Shown: positions 13,564 to 21,366 of the stretch, piece by piece
Layout of the letters: each line of letters begins with the position of its first letter
Numbering within the stretch: position 1 is the stretch's first letter
Origin: Minisyncoccota bacterium
Lineage (GTDB): Bacteria > Patescibacteriota > Minisyncoccia > Phycocordibacterales > CAJQIN01
Length of the DNA stretch: 39,738 nt
Reading direction: 5' to 3'
Assembly (NCBI GenBank): GCA_022763265.1
Contig: JALEGR010000020.1
Location: 1-39,738 of the forward strand
The notes under the pieces: model-generated
Databases searched by the model: none
Seen by the model: only the letters and a program-made list of their open reading frames with translations
Told to the model about the DNA's origin: nothing
Translations under genes and position numbers: made by a program

Positions 13564-14466
13564 ATGAGATTAGGATACATTGGTTTAGGGAAAATGGGTA
13601 AAAACATGGTCAAGCTAATGCTTGAGCAGGGTATTGAAATTGTTGCATTTAACAGATCACTCGAGTCTGTAAAAGAGGTAGAAAAAGATGGGGCTATAGG
13701 AGCATATTCATATGAAGATATCTTCAAAAATCTAGATACGGACCAAAGAATCATTTGGTTAATGGTTCCTCACGGTGCAGTAGACCAGGTACTGACTGAT
13801 CTTAAGCCACATCTAAAGGCAAATGATATTGTTATAGATGGTGGTAATTCAAACTACAAAGATACTCTAAGAAGAGGAAAAGAAATGGAAGAGATGGATA
13901 TTGTTTATATGGACGCTGGAGTTTCAGGTGGTCCTTGGGGAGCAAGACATGGAGCATGTCTTTTAATTGGAGGAGATAAGGATGTGTATAACTTACTTGA
14001 ACCAATCTTTCAAGCGGCAGCTGCTCCAGATTGTTATCAGTATCTAGGTAAGCTAGGTGCAGGACACTTTGCGAAAATGGTTCACAATGGAATTGAATAT
14101 GGAATGATGCAAGCAATTGGTGAGGGTATGAATGTTATTAGAGAGTCAGACTTTGATTTCAGCCTAAAAGACGTCGCCAGGATATATAACTGTAGGAGTG
14201 TTATAGAGTCCAGACTAGTTAACTGGCTACATGAAGGATATGAAAAATATGGAGAAGAGTTGGAAGATATCTCTGGAGAGGTGACACACTCTGGTGAAGG
14301 ACAGTGGACGATTGAGACAGCTAAGGAAATGGGGCTTGAAGTTCCAGTTATTGAAGAGTCATTCAACTTTCGTGTGAACTCTAAAGGAAACCCAAGTTAC
14401 ACTGGTAAAGTTGTTTCAATGTTAAGAAATATGTTTGGTGGACATGATGTTTCAAAAGATGAGTAA
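13564..14466 (+). CDS. gnd: 6-phosphogluconate dehydrogenase, short (about 300 aa) decarboxylating type
   Basis: YIGLGKMGKNM Rossmann motif, DGGNSNYKDT, GVSGGPWGA, HFAKMVHNGIEYG. Confidence 0.85.
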   Translation: MRLGYIGLGKMGKNMVKLMLEQGIEIVAFNRSLESVKEVEKDGAIGAYSYEDIFKNLDTDQRIIWLMVPHGAVDQVLTDLKPHLKANDIVIDGGNSNYKDTLRRGKEMEEMDIVYMDAGVSGGPWGARHGACLLIGGDKDVYNLLEPIFQAAAAPDCYQYLGKLGAGHFAKMVHNGIEYGMMQAIGEGMNVIRESDFDFSLKDVARIYNCRSVIESRLVNWLHEGYEKYGEELEDISGEVTHSGEGQWTIETAKEMGLEVPVIEESFNFRVNSKGNPSYTGKVVSMLRNMFGGHDVSKDE

Positions 14467-14806
14467 CCTTCTTAGGTTGGCAGAGAAGGTTAGGGAAGAT
14501 TTTGAAAATTCTTCTATACCTAGAGAAAAACTAATTAATTTGTACTCAAAGTATAATCAGGCAGTTGATGCTGAAAATTTTATTGAAACAGCTATTAGAA
14601 TCTTCCCTAGACTTAATTGTGGACTTGCGTCTATATATTTACAAAGTTTAATTAAGGAAGGTAAAGTAACTAGGGGTAAATATAAAGGGATTGATCACAC
14701 ATTCATAATGTTTGATGATAATCGTGTATTAGATATAACTGCAGACCAATATGGTGGTCCTAGAGTATATTTGGGCAAACTTAAAAAACCCTGGTCATTA
14801 ATATGA
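14459..14806 (+). CDS. hypothetical protein with minimal transglutaminase-like Cys-His-Asp pattern
   Basis: LNCGLASIYLQSLIKEGKV..GIDHTFIMF..RVLDITAD has transglutaminase-core-like C-H-D spacing. Start is uncertain (14435-14459). Overlaps the gnd stop. Confidence 0.4.
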   Translation: MSNLLRLAEKVREDFENSSIPREKLINLYSKYNQAVDAENFIETAIRIFPRLNCGLASIYLQSLIKEGKVTRGKYKGIDHTFIMFDDNRVLDITADQYGGPRVYLGKLKKPWSLI

Positions 14807-15456
14807 AAGGTATTTCTCAAAAAATAAGTGGCTTAATCAAGGGTCCAGAACCTGTCCTTTTTATGATATCTGGAGGATCTTCTTTATCTGTCTTAGATCA
14901 TGTAGATATAGGTTCTTTAGGGTCTCACTTAACAATATCTGTTATTGATGAAAGATTTAGTACTGATCCAAAGGTAAATAACTTTTGTCAGTTAGAGCAA
15001 ACCAAGTTTTTTGACAGATGTATCAAAAAAGATGTTGAGATTACAGGCACCAGGATACACAAAGGTGAGTCATTACCCAAGGCCGTAATGGATTTTAAAA
15101 AGAATATATATAAATGGAAAAAAGAAAGAGGTGGCAAAGTTGTTGCTCTTTTGGGCATTGGTAAAGATGGTCATACTGCTGGTGTAATGCCATATCCAGA
15201 GAATGAAAAATTATTCAAAGACCTATTTTTAGATGAGGAGTGGGTAGTATCATATGATGCAAAAGAAAAGAATGAATTTCCTTTAAGATTTACAGTTACT
15301 CTTACTTTCCTAAAAAAGGAGGTGGATCATGGAATAGTTTTTGCCAAAGGAAAAAAAGAGGCCTTGAAATTGTTGAATGATAAAAATAAGAAAATACATG
15401 AAGTTCCTGCAAAGATACTAAAAGAAATGAGAGACATTCATATGTTTACAGAATAA
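14803..15456 (+). CDS. pgl: 6-phosphogluconolactonase (NagB/DevB family)
   Basis: ISGGSSLS, VIDERF, GIGKDGHTAG. ATGA overlap with the upstream gene. Confidence 0.8.
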   Translation: MKGISQKISGLIKGPEPVLFMISGGSSLSVLDHVDIGSLGSHLTISVIDERFSTDPKVNNFCQLEQTKFFDRCIKKDVEITGTRIHKGESLPKAVMDFKKNIYKWKKERGGKVVALLGIGKDGHTAGVMPYPENEKLFKDLFLDEEWVVSYDAKEKNEFPLRFTVTLTFLKKEVDHGIVFAKGKKEALKLLNDKNKKIHEVPAKILKEMRDIHMFTE

Positions 15457-15509
15457 AACGATATGCTATCATCGTTTGTGGAACTGAACATTTTTTGAAA
15501 AGGAAGATA

Positions 15510-16136
15510 ATGACTCAAGTTGCTACTGTCTGTGGGCCTGTGGTTTGGGCTGAATGTGAAGAAGTTTCTGAGAGGTTCGGACTTAGTCTCGTTGATATTT
15601 CAAATGCCTTTAAGGTTGATCCTCCTGGGACTAGGGAGATACTCAAATCAGTGAAAAACATGGAAGTTTTTACTGAATTAAGGCAGGTGTTTGAGTCTGC
15701 TTATCCTGGGTCAACGTGTCAAGCTCAGGTTCTGGCAAAAATGATTGATGTTTCCATGGATTTCTCTGAGGCTGAAGAATGTCTTGTTTTATCAGGTAGA
15801 TTCTCAGGAAATATCATTTTTTACCTAGCTTTAAACAAGTGCATTACTTTCGCGCAAGGAGCTCAGTGGAGAGAACTTCTTTCTAAGACTCTAATCAGGA
15901 ATGCAAAACCAACTGAGCACTTGGTAAGGCAGGTTATTAAAGAAATGGTGTCTAATGAAAAATGGAAGATTTTTCACTCTGTGAAGAGATATTCAAATTT
16001 GGCAAAAATTGTCCTTTGTGACATATTAGCCAATGCTAATAGTCAGGCTGACAGGAAACGTGTTGTTGGCAGTGCAAAGGGTATTTGCACTGCTATTCAT
16101 TACGAGGCGATTAGAGCAATTGTCAGGAATTCATAA
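15510..16136 (+). CDS. hypothetical helical protein, paralog A (208 aa)
   Basis: GC-richer. SD aaggaag. Paralogous to 16238/16319..16849: EKWKIFHSVKRYSNLAKIVLCDIL...AIRAIV versus EKWNMYGRIKMYKDLSVIVLASIV...TIKAIV. Confidence 0.6.
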   Translation: MTQVATVCGPVVWAECEEVSERFGLSLVDISNAFKVDPPGTREILKSVKNMEVFTELRQVFESAYPGSTCQAQVLAKMIDVSMDFSEAEECLVLSGRFSGNIIFYLALNKCITFAQGAQWRELLSKTLIRNAKPTEHLVRQVIKEMVSNEKWKIFHSVKRYSNLAKIVLCDILANANSQADRKRVVGSAKGICTAIHYEAIRAIVRNS

Positions 16137-16141
16137 AAATC

Positions 16142-16167
16142 AAGACCCATACTGCTGGGTCTTTTTT
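16142..16167 (+). terminator. rho-independent terminator
   Basis: AAGACCCA-tactgc-TGGGTCTT plus TTTT. Confidence 0.75.
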
Positions 16168-16174
16168 GTTACTC

Positions 16175-16203
16175 TTTACCAAAAAGTGTAATTGATGTAG
16201 GAT
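16175..16203 (+). promoter_or_regulatory. promoter TTTACC-17-TAGGAT for paralog B
   Basis: Spacing is exactly 17 nt. It lies upstream of the SD gaaagg and the ATG at 16238. Confidence 0.4.
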
Positions 16204-16318
16204 CTGGTTTAGAAACTGACCATTGAAAGGAACTTGTATGGAAAATATTATTGCTAAACCTCGAGACTAGGAAGATTGTCTTCACCTTGGATCAATCTTA
16301 GGGGTTGAGCCAGGTGAT

Positions 16319-16849
16319 ATGGCAGATGCCTATGGGATATCACCTGAGTCTGAACTTGAGACTCTTCTGGAAATCTACAGGACTAGTGACATTGAAAGTC
16401 TTTGGTGTCTTTTTAATAAGGCTCCCAAACACACTCATTGTCAAAAAGAGGCACTTGACAAGATTATCTCTACCACTGACAGTTTCGATGTCGCATTACG
16501 TGCTGCTTCTCAAGCACAGAGATTGTCTTCGCTTCTGTATGAACAGGCTATGGTCACGGCTTGTCGTTTAGCAAAAAATACTGATATTCACAGGCTATGG
16601 AGCCAGAGCTTTGTTAATGGTAAACCACTCAAGGATGTTGTGGAAAAGCGCTTAGCTGCTGTGTCACATAAGGAAAAGTGGAATATGTACGGAAGAATCA
16701 AAATGTACAAAGATCTTTCTGTTATTGTTCTTGCAAGCATTGTTGACACTTCTCAAGACAGGAGTGAGCTCCTGAAGGTTCACAATATCGCCAAAGGATT
16801 ATCTGATCGATTGCTGTATCGTACCATCAAAGCAATTGTTGGAGCATGA
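16319..16849 (+). CDS. hypothetical helical protein, paralog B (176 aa as the longest open frame; the ancestral start is probably 16238)
   Basis: Same family as 15510..16136. Similarity to paralog A continues upstream of 16319, across an in-frame TAG at 16268. Confidence 0.55.
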   Translation: MADAYGISPESELETLLEIYRTSDIESLWCLFNKAPKHTHCQKEALDKIISTTDSFDVALRAASQAQRLSSLLYEQAMVTACRLAKNTDIHRLWSQSFVNGKPLKDVVEKRLAAVSHKEKWNMYGRIKMYKDLSVIVLASIVDTSQDRSELLKVHNIAKGLSDRLLYRTIKAIVGA

Positions 16850-16857
16850 GTATGTTA

Positions 16858-16882
16858 AAGACCCACACTGCTGGGTCTTTTT
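16858..16882 (+). terminator. rho-independent terminator (near-identical copy of 16142)
   Basis: AAAGACCCA-cactgc-TGGGTCTTT plus TT. Differs from the first copy by one loop base. Confidence 0.75.
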
Positions 16883-16885
16883 ATA

Positions 16886-16894
16886 TGATAAAAT
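16886..16894 (+). promoter_or_regulatory. extended -10 (TGaTAAAAT) 8 nt upstream of the pgi ATG at 16903
   Basis: No SD. Same arrangement as ddl. Confidence 0.4.
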
Positions 16895-16902
16895 ACTTCC
16901 AT

Positions 16903-17850
16903 ATGGAAGAGGCTATAAAATCATTTAATGAACAGTTTTTATTTGATCCCGTAATTGTAAATGGAGAAAAGTTAACTAACCATAAGAATATCGTACTTGC
17001 AGGAATGGGAGGATCACACTTGGCTGCTGGGATTATAAAATCATATAAACCAGGAATAGATATATATGTTCATAGGGCATATGATTTACCACCGTATGAT
17101 GATGAATTTCTTAAAGATTCTCTTTTAATTGCCTCATCATACTCTGGGAATACAGAAGAAGTTATTAGTTTTCTAGATGAAGGATTAGCCAAGGGTTACC
17201 AAATGGCAGTAATATCGACTGGTGGGGCACTAATAGAAAAAGCTAAGGAGTTTAACCTCCCTCACATTGAGATACCAGATACAGGAATTCAGCCAAGAAG
17301 TGCCTTGGGATACTCTACAATAGCCTTAGCAAAGTTTATTAAAGATGATGAGATACTTAGAGAGTTAAAGAATATAAAATTAGACCCAGAAGAGTTTAGA
17401 TCATCTGGAGAGGAATTGGCTAGAGGATTGGAGAATAAAATACCTATAATTTATTCTTCAACAGATAACCTGGGAATTGCTTATAATTGGAAAATAAAAA
17501 TGAATGAAACAGGTAAAATTCCTGCTTTTTATAATATCTTTCCTGAAATGAACCATAATGAAATAGTGGGTTTTGATAACGTTGAATTGTCTAAGAATTT
17601 TAAATTTATAATATTGAAAGATAGAGATGATCATAAGATGGTCCAAAAGAGAATGGAAGTTTTTGAAAAAATCTTTGAGGAAAAGGGTCTTGAAGTTATA
17701 AAGCTGGAACTAGAAGGAGAAAACACTTTTGAAAAGATATTTAAGTCCTTGCTCTTGGCTGACTGGACAGCTTTGTCTGTTGCAAAAATATATGGTTCTG
17801 ATCCAGAAAAAGTTCCGACAATTGAAAAGTTTAAGTCTCTAATAAAATAA
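16903..17850 (+). CDS. pgi: bifunctional phosphoglucose/phosphomannose isomerase (SIS family)
   Basis: GMGGSHLAAGI, SSYSGNTEE, length about 316 aa. The start was moved downstream of the terminator at 16858 that lies inside the track ORF. Confidence 0.75.
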   Translation: MEEAIKSFNEQFLFDPVIVNGEKLTNHKNIVLAGMGGSHLAAGIIKSYKPGIDIYVHRAYDLPPYDDEFLKDSLLIASSYSGNTEEVISFLDEGLAKGYQMAVISTGGALIEKAKEFNLPHIEIPDTGIQPRSALGYSTIALAKFIKDDEILRELKNIKLDPEEFRSSGEELARGLENKIPIIYSSTDNLGIAYNWKIKMNETGKIPAFYNIFPEMNHNEIVGFDNVELSKNFKFIILKDRDDHKMVQKRMEVFEKIFEEKGLEVIKLELEGENTFEKIFKSLLLADWTALSVAKIYGSDPEKVPTIEKFKSLIK

Positions 17851-17851
17851 A

Positions 17852-18667
17852 ATGTATCTTCTTTTCGACATAGGTGCTACAAAAACACGCTTGGCTGTTT
17901 CAAAGGATAAAAGAAGTTTTGATAAACCTGTTATCTTTGATACTCCAAAAGATTTCAATGAGGGAATCAAAAAAATAGTCAAAGAAGCAAGAAAACTAAC
18001 CCCTAATAACTTCAGGGCAGTTTGTGGTGGTATTACAGGTACTCTTGATAAAGATCATTCTAAGCTAACAAGATCACCAAATCTGTCTTCCTGGGTTATG
18101 CAACCTATTCAGGAAAAACTAGAGCAGGAGTTTAAGTGTCCAGTTTTTATAGAAAATGATGCAGCTATAGTTGGACTTGGAGAGGCTCTTGCTGGATCTG
18201 GTATAGGAGATTCAATTGTAGTCTATATCACAGTAAGTACTGGAGTTGGTGGAGTTAGAATTGTTAACGGGGAAATTGATGAGCATAGTTATGGATTTGA
18301 GCCAGGAAATGAACTTCTAGACATGCAACACTCATTGGAGGATATGGTTTCAGGAAGTGCTGTGATGGAGAGATTTAATAAAAAACCATTTGAAATTCCA
18401 CAATCTGACCATCTTTGGAATGAATTAGCAGAGAAACTCGCTTTTGGACTCCACAACTCGATTGTTCACTGGTCTCCTGATAGTATAGTTCTTGGTGGAT
18501 CCATGATAGTTGGAGATCCTGCTATAAGGATTGAAGATGTAAAAAGATACCTCAAGGAGATATCGAAGGTGTATCCAAATATACCAGAGATAAAGAAGGC
18601 AAGACTTGGTGCCTTCGGAGGAATATATGGTGCTATTTATTACTTAAACAATAGATTAAATGATTAA
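17852..18667 (+). CDS. ROK-family sugar kinase (glucokinase-like)
   Basis: LFDIGATKTRLAV, ENDAAIVGLGEA, VSTGVGGV. Confidence 0.7.
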   Translation: MYLLFDIGATKTRLAVSKDKRSFDKPVIFDTPKDFNEGIKKIVKEARKLTPNNFRAVCGGITGTLDKDHSKLTRSPNLSSWVMQPIQEKLEQEFKCPVFIENDAAIVGLGEALAGSGIGDSIVVYITVSTGVGGVRIVNGEIDEHSYGFEPGNELLDMQHSLEDMVSGSAVMERFNKKPFEIPQSDHLWNELAEKLAFGLHNSIVHWSPDSIVLGGSMIVGDPAIRIEDVKRYLKEISKVYPNIPEIKKARLGAFGGIYGAIYYLNNRLND

Positions 18668-18881
18668 AGATTTCTTAATGAAAAAAATGTTGGATAAGCA
18701 ACTAAAAGGTGTACCCGAAGACCAAAAAGAAAAGATAATCACAGCCATAAGCAAGAATCCACAACTTTTCCAGAAGATAGGTAAAGAAGTACAAGAAGAG
18801 ATGAAAGCAGGCAAAGACCAGATGCAATCCACTATGTCTGTTATGCATAAATATCAATCTGAACTAAAGGATCTGTTATAA
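18660..18881 (+). CDS. hypothetical small K/E-rich protein (67-73 aa)
   Basis: Low-GC ORF overlapping the kinase stop. No domain recognised. Confidence 0.4.
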   Translation: MIKDFLMKKMLDKQLKGVPEDQKEKIITAISKNPQLFQKIGKEVQEEMKAGKDQMQSTMSVMHKYQSELKDLL

Positions 18882-18905
18882 TATATTTGGAGAAAGGAGG
18901 TTTCG

Positions 18906-19280
18906 GTGGAAGGTAGATTTCGATTACTGACTAGTAGGCTAAAAGAATTTCTAGAGACCTGGAAGAAGAGAAGAAAGGAGATATCAGATCTTTGTGTAAA
19001 TATTAGGCAAGCCAGTAAGAGGCTTGAGGGTCTTGATGCTCAACAACAAAGAGAGCTTGATGAGTTACGAAAGCGTCAAGCACACGAAAAGAGCGTTCTC
19101 ATAGATTCAATTGAGTCTATGAAAGACGAGGTTGTGATCAAAAGGGCTAATCTTAAGCAGTGGTTTGAGGCAGAGGATCCAAAAATCCATAGCTTTGCCA
19201 GGATTGCATCTAAGATCTGGTTAAGTCCCAGAAGGCAAATTAAAAGAGCCTTGAAAATAATCAGGAGCCAATCATCATAG
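18906..19280 (+). CDS. hypothetical coiled-coil protein (124 aa)
   Basis: GTG start 5 nt after AAGGAGG (18894-18900). Extended -10 TGtTATAAT at 18874-18882. Terminator AGCCAATC..GATTGGCT at 19266-19299. Confidence 0.55.
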   Translation: MEGRFRLLTSRLKEFLETWKKRRKEISDLCVNIRQASKRLEGLDAQQQRELDELRKRQAHEKSVLIDSIESMKDEVVIKRANLKQWFEAEDPKIHSFARIASKIWLSPRRQIKRALKIIRSQSS

Positions 19281-19354
19281 TAGATTGGCTTTTTCTTTTA
19301 TCGTGGTAATATTCAATTAGATATACCCTGGTCTTTTTAGAAAGGAGGTGTGTC

Positions 19355-19612
19355 ATGAATGGAAATGGGGAGTTGCAAGTATTTTTGAGAAATGTAGGTG
19401 CTATCGAAGCACAGAAAAAAGAGCTTCGAAGGCTACGGAGAGAAATTGTGAGGGTTGAACGAGAGCTTCTCGGACAACCTGATATTGATCTCCAGAAAAG
19501 GCTCGAAGAACTTACTAGAGAGCACAAGGAAGCACTTGAAGCTTTCTGGGTCGTACACAAGGAGTTTAATAAAGGCCCCAGGCCCCAGGCAAGAAGAAGG
19601 AACGTCTCATGA
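19355..19612 (+). CDS. hypothetical coiled-coil basic protein (85 aa)
   Basis: SD AAGGAGG at 19342-19348. Extended -10 TGgTAATAT at 19304-19312. Confidence 0.55.
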   Translation: MNGNGELQVFLRNVGAIEAQKKELRRLRREIVRVERELLGQPDIDLQKRLEELTREHKEALEAFWVVHKEFNKGPRPQARRRNVS

Positions 19613-19638
19613 ACACGTGTACCAGTAGACTAGGGTAG

Positions 19639-19672
19639 AACCGACACTTTATTTAGTAGTGTCGGTTTTTTT
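19639..19672 (+). terminator. rho-independent terminator
   Basis: AACCGACACT-loop-AGTGTCGGTT plus T7. Confidence 0.75.
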
Positions 19673-19729
19673 ATTGCACGAAATATCATTTGTGATATAA
19701 AGAGTTTGGAACAAAATAAGGAGGCCTAA

Positions 19730-19939
19730 ATGTCCAACCCTACTCCACTGACAGATGATCATGTAAAAAATGTTTGTAAGCCTGGAACCACTGAAGCCTG
19801 TGCTTTTCTTTCCAGCTCTGGTCTAGATTTATGTTGTGCAAAGAGGTCTTTTCTTGAATCAAATATAAGACAAAGACTTGCAAAGGGGACAATGAGAGCT
19901 ATTGGAGATAATTGTTCTGGTCCTCCTGATTTCAAATAA
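19730..19939 (+). CDS. hypothetical Cys-rich small protein (69 aa, 5 Cys)
   Basis: SD ataaggagg. Own terminator. Confidence 0.5.
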   Translation: MSNPTPLTDDHVKNVCKPGTTEACAFLSSSGLDLCCAKRSFLESNIRQRLAKGTMRAIGDNCSGPPDFK

Positions 19940-19950
19940 GACATTCTTTA

Positions 19951-19980
19951 AAAACTCGCACTAACTGTGAGTTTTTCTTT
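19951..19980 (+). terminator. rho-independent terminator
   Basis: AAAACTCGCA-ctaac-TGTGAGTTTT (one G:T pair) followed by tctttt. Confidence 0.65.
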
Positions 19981-20008
19981 TAGATTAATTGATAAGGTCA
20001 AACAATCT

Positions 20009-20017
20009 TGCTAGGAT
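20009..20017 (+). promoter_or_regulatory. extended -10 (TGcTAGGAT) 7 nt upstream of the ychF ATG, implying a leaderless mRNA
   Basis: No SD before the ATG at 20025. Confidence 0.45.
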
Positions 20018-20024
20018 TGATCCC

Positions 20025-21113
20025 ATGTCACTTTCAATTGGTATTGTTGGACTTCCTAATGTTGGTAAGTCTACACTTTTTAATGCCTTAACCAAAAAAT
20101 CAGTTCCAGCTGAAAATTTCCCATTTTGCACCATAGATCCGTCTGTTGGTATTGTTGCTGTGCCTGATTTTAGGTTGGAGAAACTAGCGGATTTTAGTAA
20201 ATCAGCTAAAAAGATCCCAGCAGCAATTGAGTTTGTTGATATTGCCGGACTTGTAAAAGGAGCATCAGAAGGAGAAGGATTGGGTAACCAATTCCTTTCA
20301 CATATTAGAGAAGTAGATGCCATATTGCATGTAGTTAGAATATTTGAAGACGAAGACATACACCATGTTCATGGTGAAGTTGACCCACTGTCAGACGTAA
20401 GAACAATCCAAACAGAACTAATTTTAGCAGACTTGCAGACTATAGAAAGAAGGTTGGCTTCTTTAGAAAAAGAGGTAAAAAGAGGAGATAAGAAGATAAT
20501 TCTTGAAAAAGAATTGCTTTTGAAGGTTCAAGATAAGCTTCAGGAAGGTGTTTTGGCAATTGACCTTAATCTAACTAAAGAAGAGGCTGAGACTATAAAG
20601 TCACTTCATCTAATTACTAGAAAACCTGTTCTTTATGCTCTGAATAAAAAACAGAATGCTAGAAACTTAGATGAGTTGGATGATCCAAGATTTACCGAGT
20701 TAGTAGATTTCATTGGAAACTATACTCTGGTTGATTTTGGCGTTGAATTTGAGCTCAAAGATTTTGATAAGGATGAGAAAAGTGAATTTAGGAAAGAATT
20801 AGGTGGAGCGCCAGATGACGGGATAGATGAAATGATTAGAAAAGGGTATGAGTTATTAAACTTAATCACTTTCTTCACAACGGGGGAAGACGAAACAAGG
20901 GCTTGGACAATTGTGGATGGTTCTACTGCTCCAAAGGCTGGAGCTGCAATTCATACTGATTTCGAGCATAAATTTATTAAAGCTGAAATAATATTCTGGA
21001 ATGATCTGCTCGAGGCTGGTTCTTATGGAAAAGCGAGAGAAAAAGGATTGGTTAGGACTGAGGGTAAGGAGTATGTGGTTGTAGACGGTGATGTTGTGGA
21101 GTTTAAGATATAA
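20025..21113 (+). CDS. ychF: ribosome-binding ATPase YchF
   Basis: GIVGLPNVGKSTLFNALT P-loop, DIAGLVKGASEGEGLGNQFL, and the C-terminal TGS-like FIKAEII...VVDGDVVEFK. Start at MSLSIGIVG. Confidence 0.9.
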   Translation: MSLSIGIVGLPNVGKSTLFNALTKKSVPAENFPFCTIDPSVGIVAVPDFRLEKLADFSKSAKKIPAAIEFVDIAGLVKGASEGEGLGNQFLSHIREVDAILHVVRIFEDEDIHHVHGEVDPLSDVRTIQTELILADLQTIERRLASLEKEVKRGDKKIILEKELLLKVQDKLQEGVLAIDLNLTKEEAETIKSLHLITRKPVLYALNKKQNARNLDELDDPRFTELVDFIGNYTLVDFGVEFELKDFDKDEKSEFRKELGGAPDDGIDEMIRKGYELLNLITFFTTGEDETRAWTIVDGSTAPKAGAAIHTDFEHKFIKAEIIFWNDLLEAGSYGKAREKGLVRTEGKEYVVVDGDVVEFKI

Positions 21114-21156
21114 AATAAGTATTATTGCCTTTGGTGTAGCAAGGAAGTTCTAGTAT

Positions 21157-21319
21157 AAAAAATGCCCCCAGTTTGAGGGCATGATAGCAACCGAAGTAAA
21201 CTTTCTTGCTTATGGAGTCCGTGTCGGGATAGCTATCGTACCCCAAACCCATAAGAAGCTTATCTCGGGCTAAGTTTCGTTCCCGGGGCATAACCCTTGG
21301 TCGGGAAGGATCCTTCGCT
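21157..21319 (-). ncRNA. candidate ~160-nt small RNA of unknown class
   Basis: The minus strand has a promoter (TTGACA-16-TACTAT, 21326-21353). It also has an intrinsic terminator, ATGCCC-loop-GGGCAT plus U6, at plus coordinates 21157-21182. Several internal hairpins, for example GAAG-GAUC-CUUC and AUAAG-CUU-CUUAU. The only ORF inside runs through the terminator. Confidence 0.35.
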
Positions 21320-21325
21320 TCCTGT

Positions 21326-21353
21326 ATAGTAGCATAGCTAAAATATTTGTCAA
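21326..21353 (-). promoter_or_regulatory. minus-strand promoter TTGACA-16-TACTAT
   Basis: Plus-strand tgtcaa at 21348-21353 and atagta at 21326-21331. Confidence 0.45.
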
Positions 21354-21366
21354 ATGAGAATATTGT

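Noticed and set aside
18906-19612. Paralogy between the two coiled-coil small proteins
   Set aside because: The shared E/R/K-rich heptads (QQQRELDELRKRQ versus AQKKELRRLRREI) are low-complexity coiled-coil similarity, not demonstrable homology.
21103-21291. 62-aa minus-strand ORF inside the candidate sRNA region
   Set aside because: It reads straight through the intrinsic terminator hairpin and into the 3' end of ychF. The spacing of its AAGGG to the ATG is only 2-3 nt. A non-coding interpretation is preferred.
21157-21319. Identity of the candidate sRNA as SRP RNA, RNase P RNA, tmRNA or 6S RNA
   Set aside because: The hallmark motifs are absent: SRP GGAAGCAGC/GUCAGGUCC, RNase P GAGGAAAGUCC, and the tmRNA tRNA-like ends. 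A 6S-like closed hairpin with a central bubble could not be drawn convincingly by hand.
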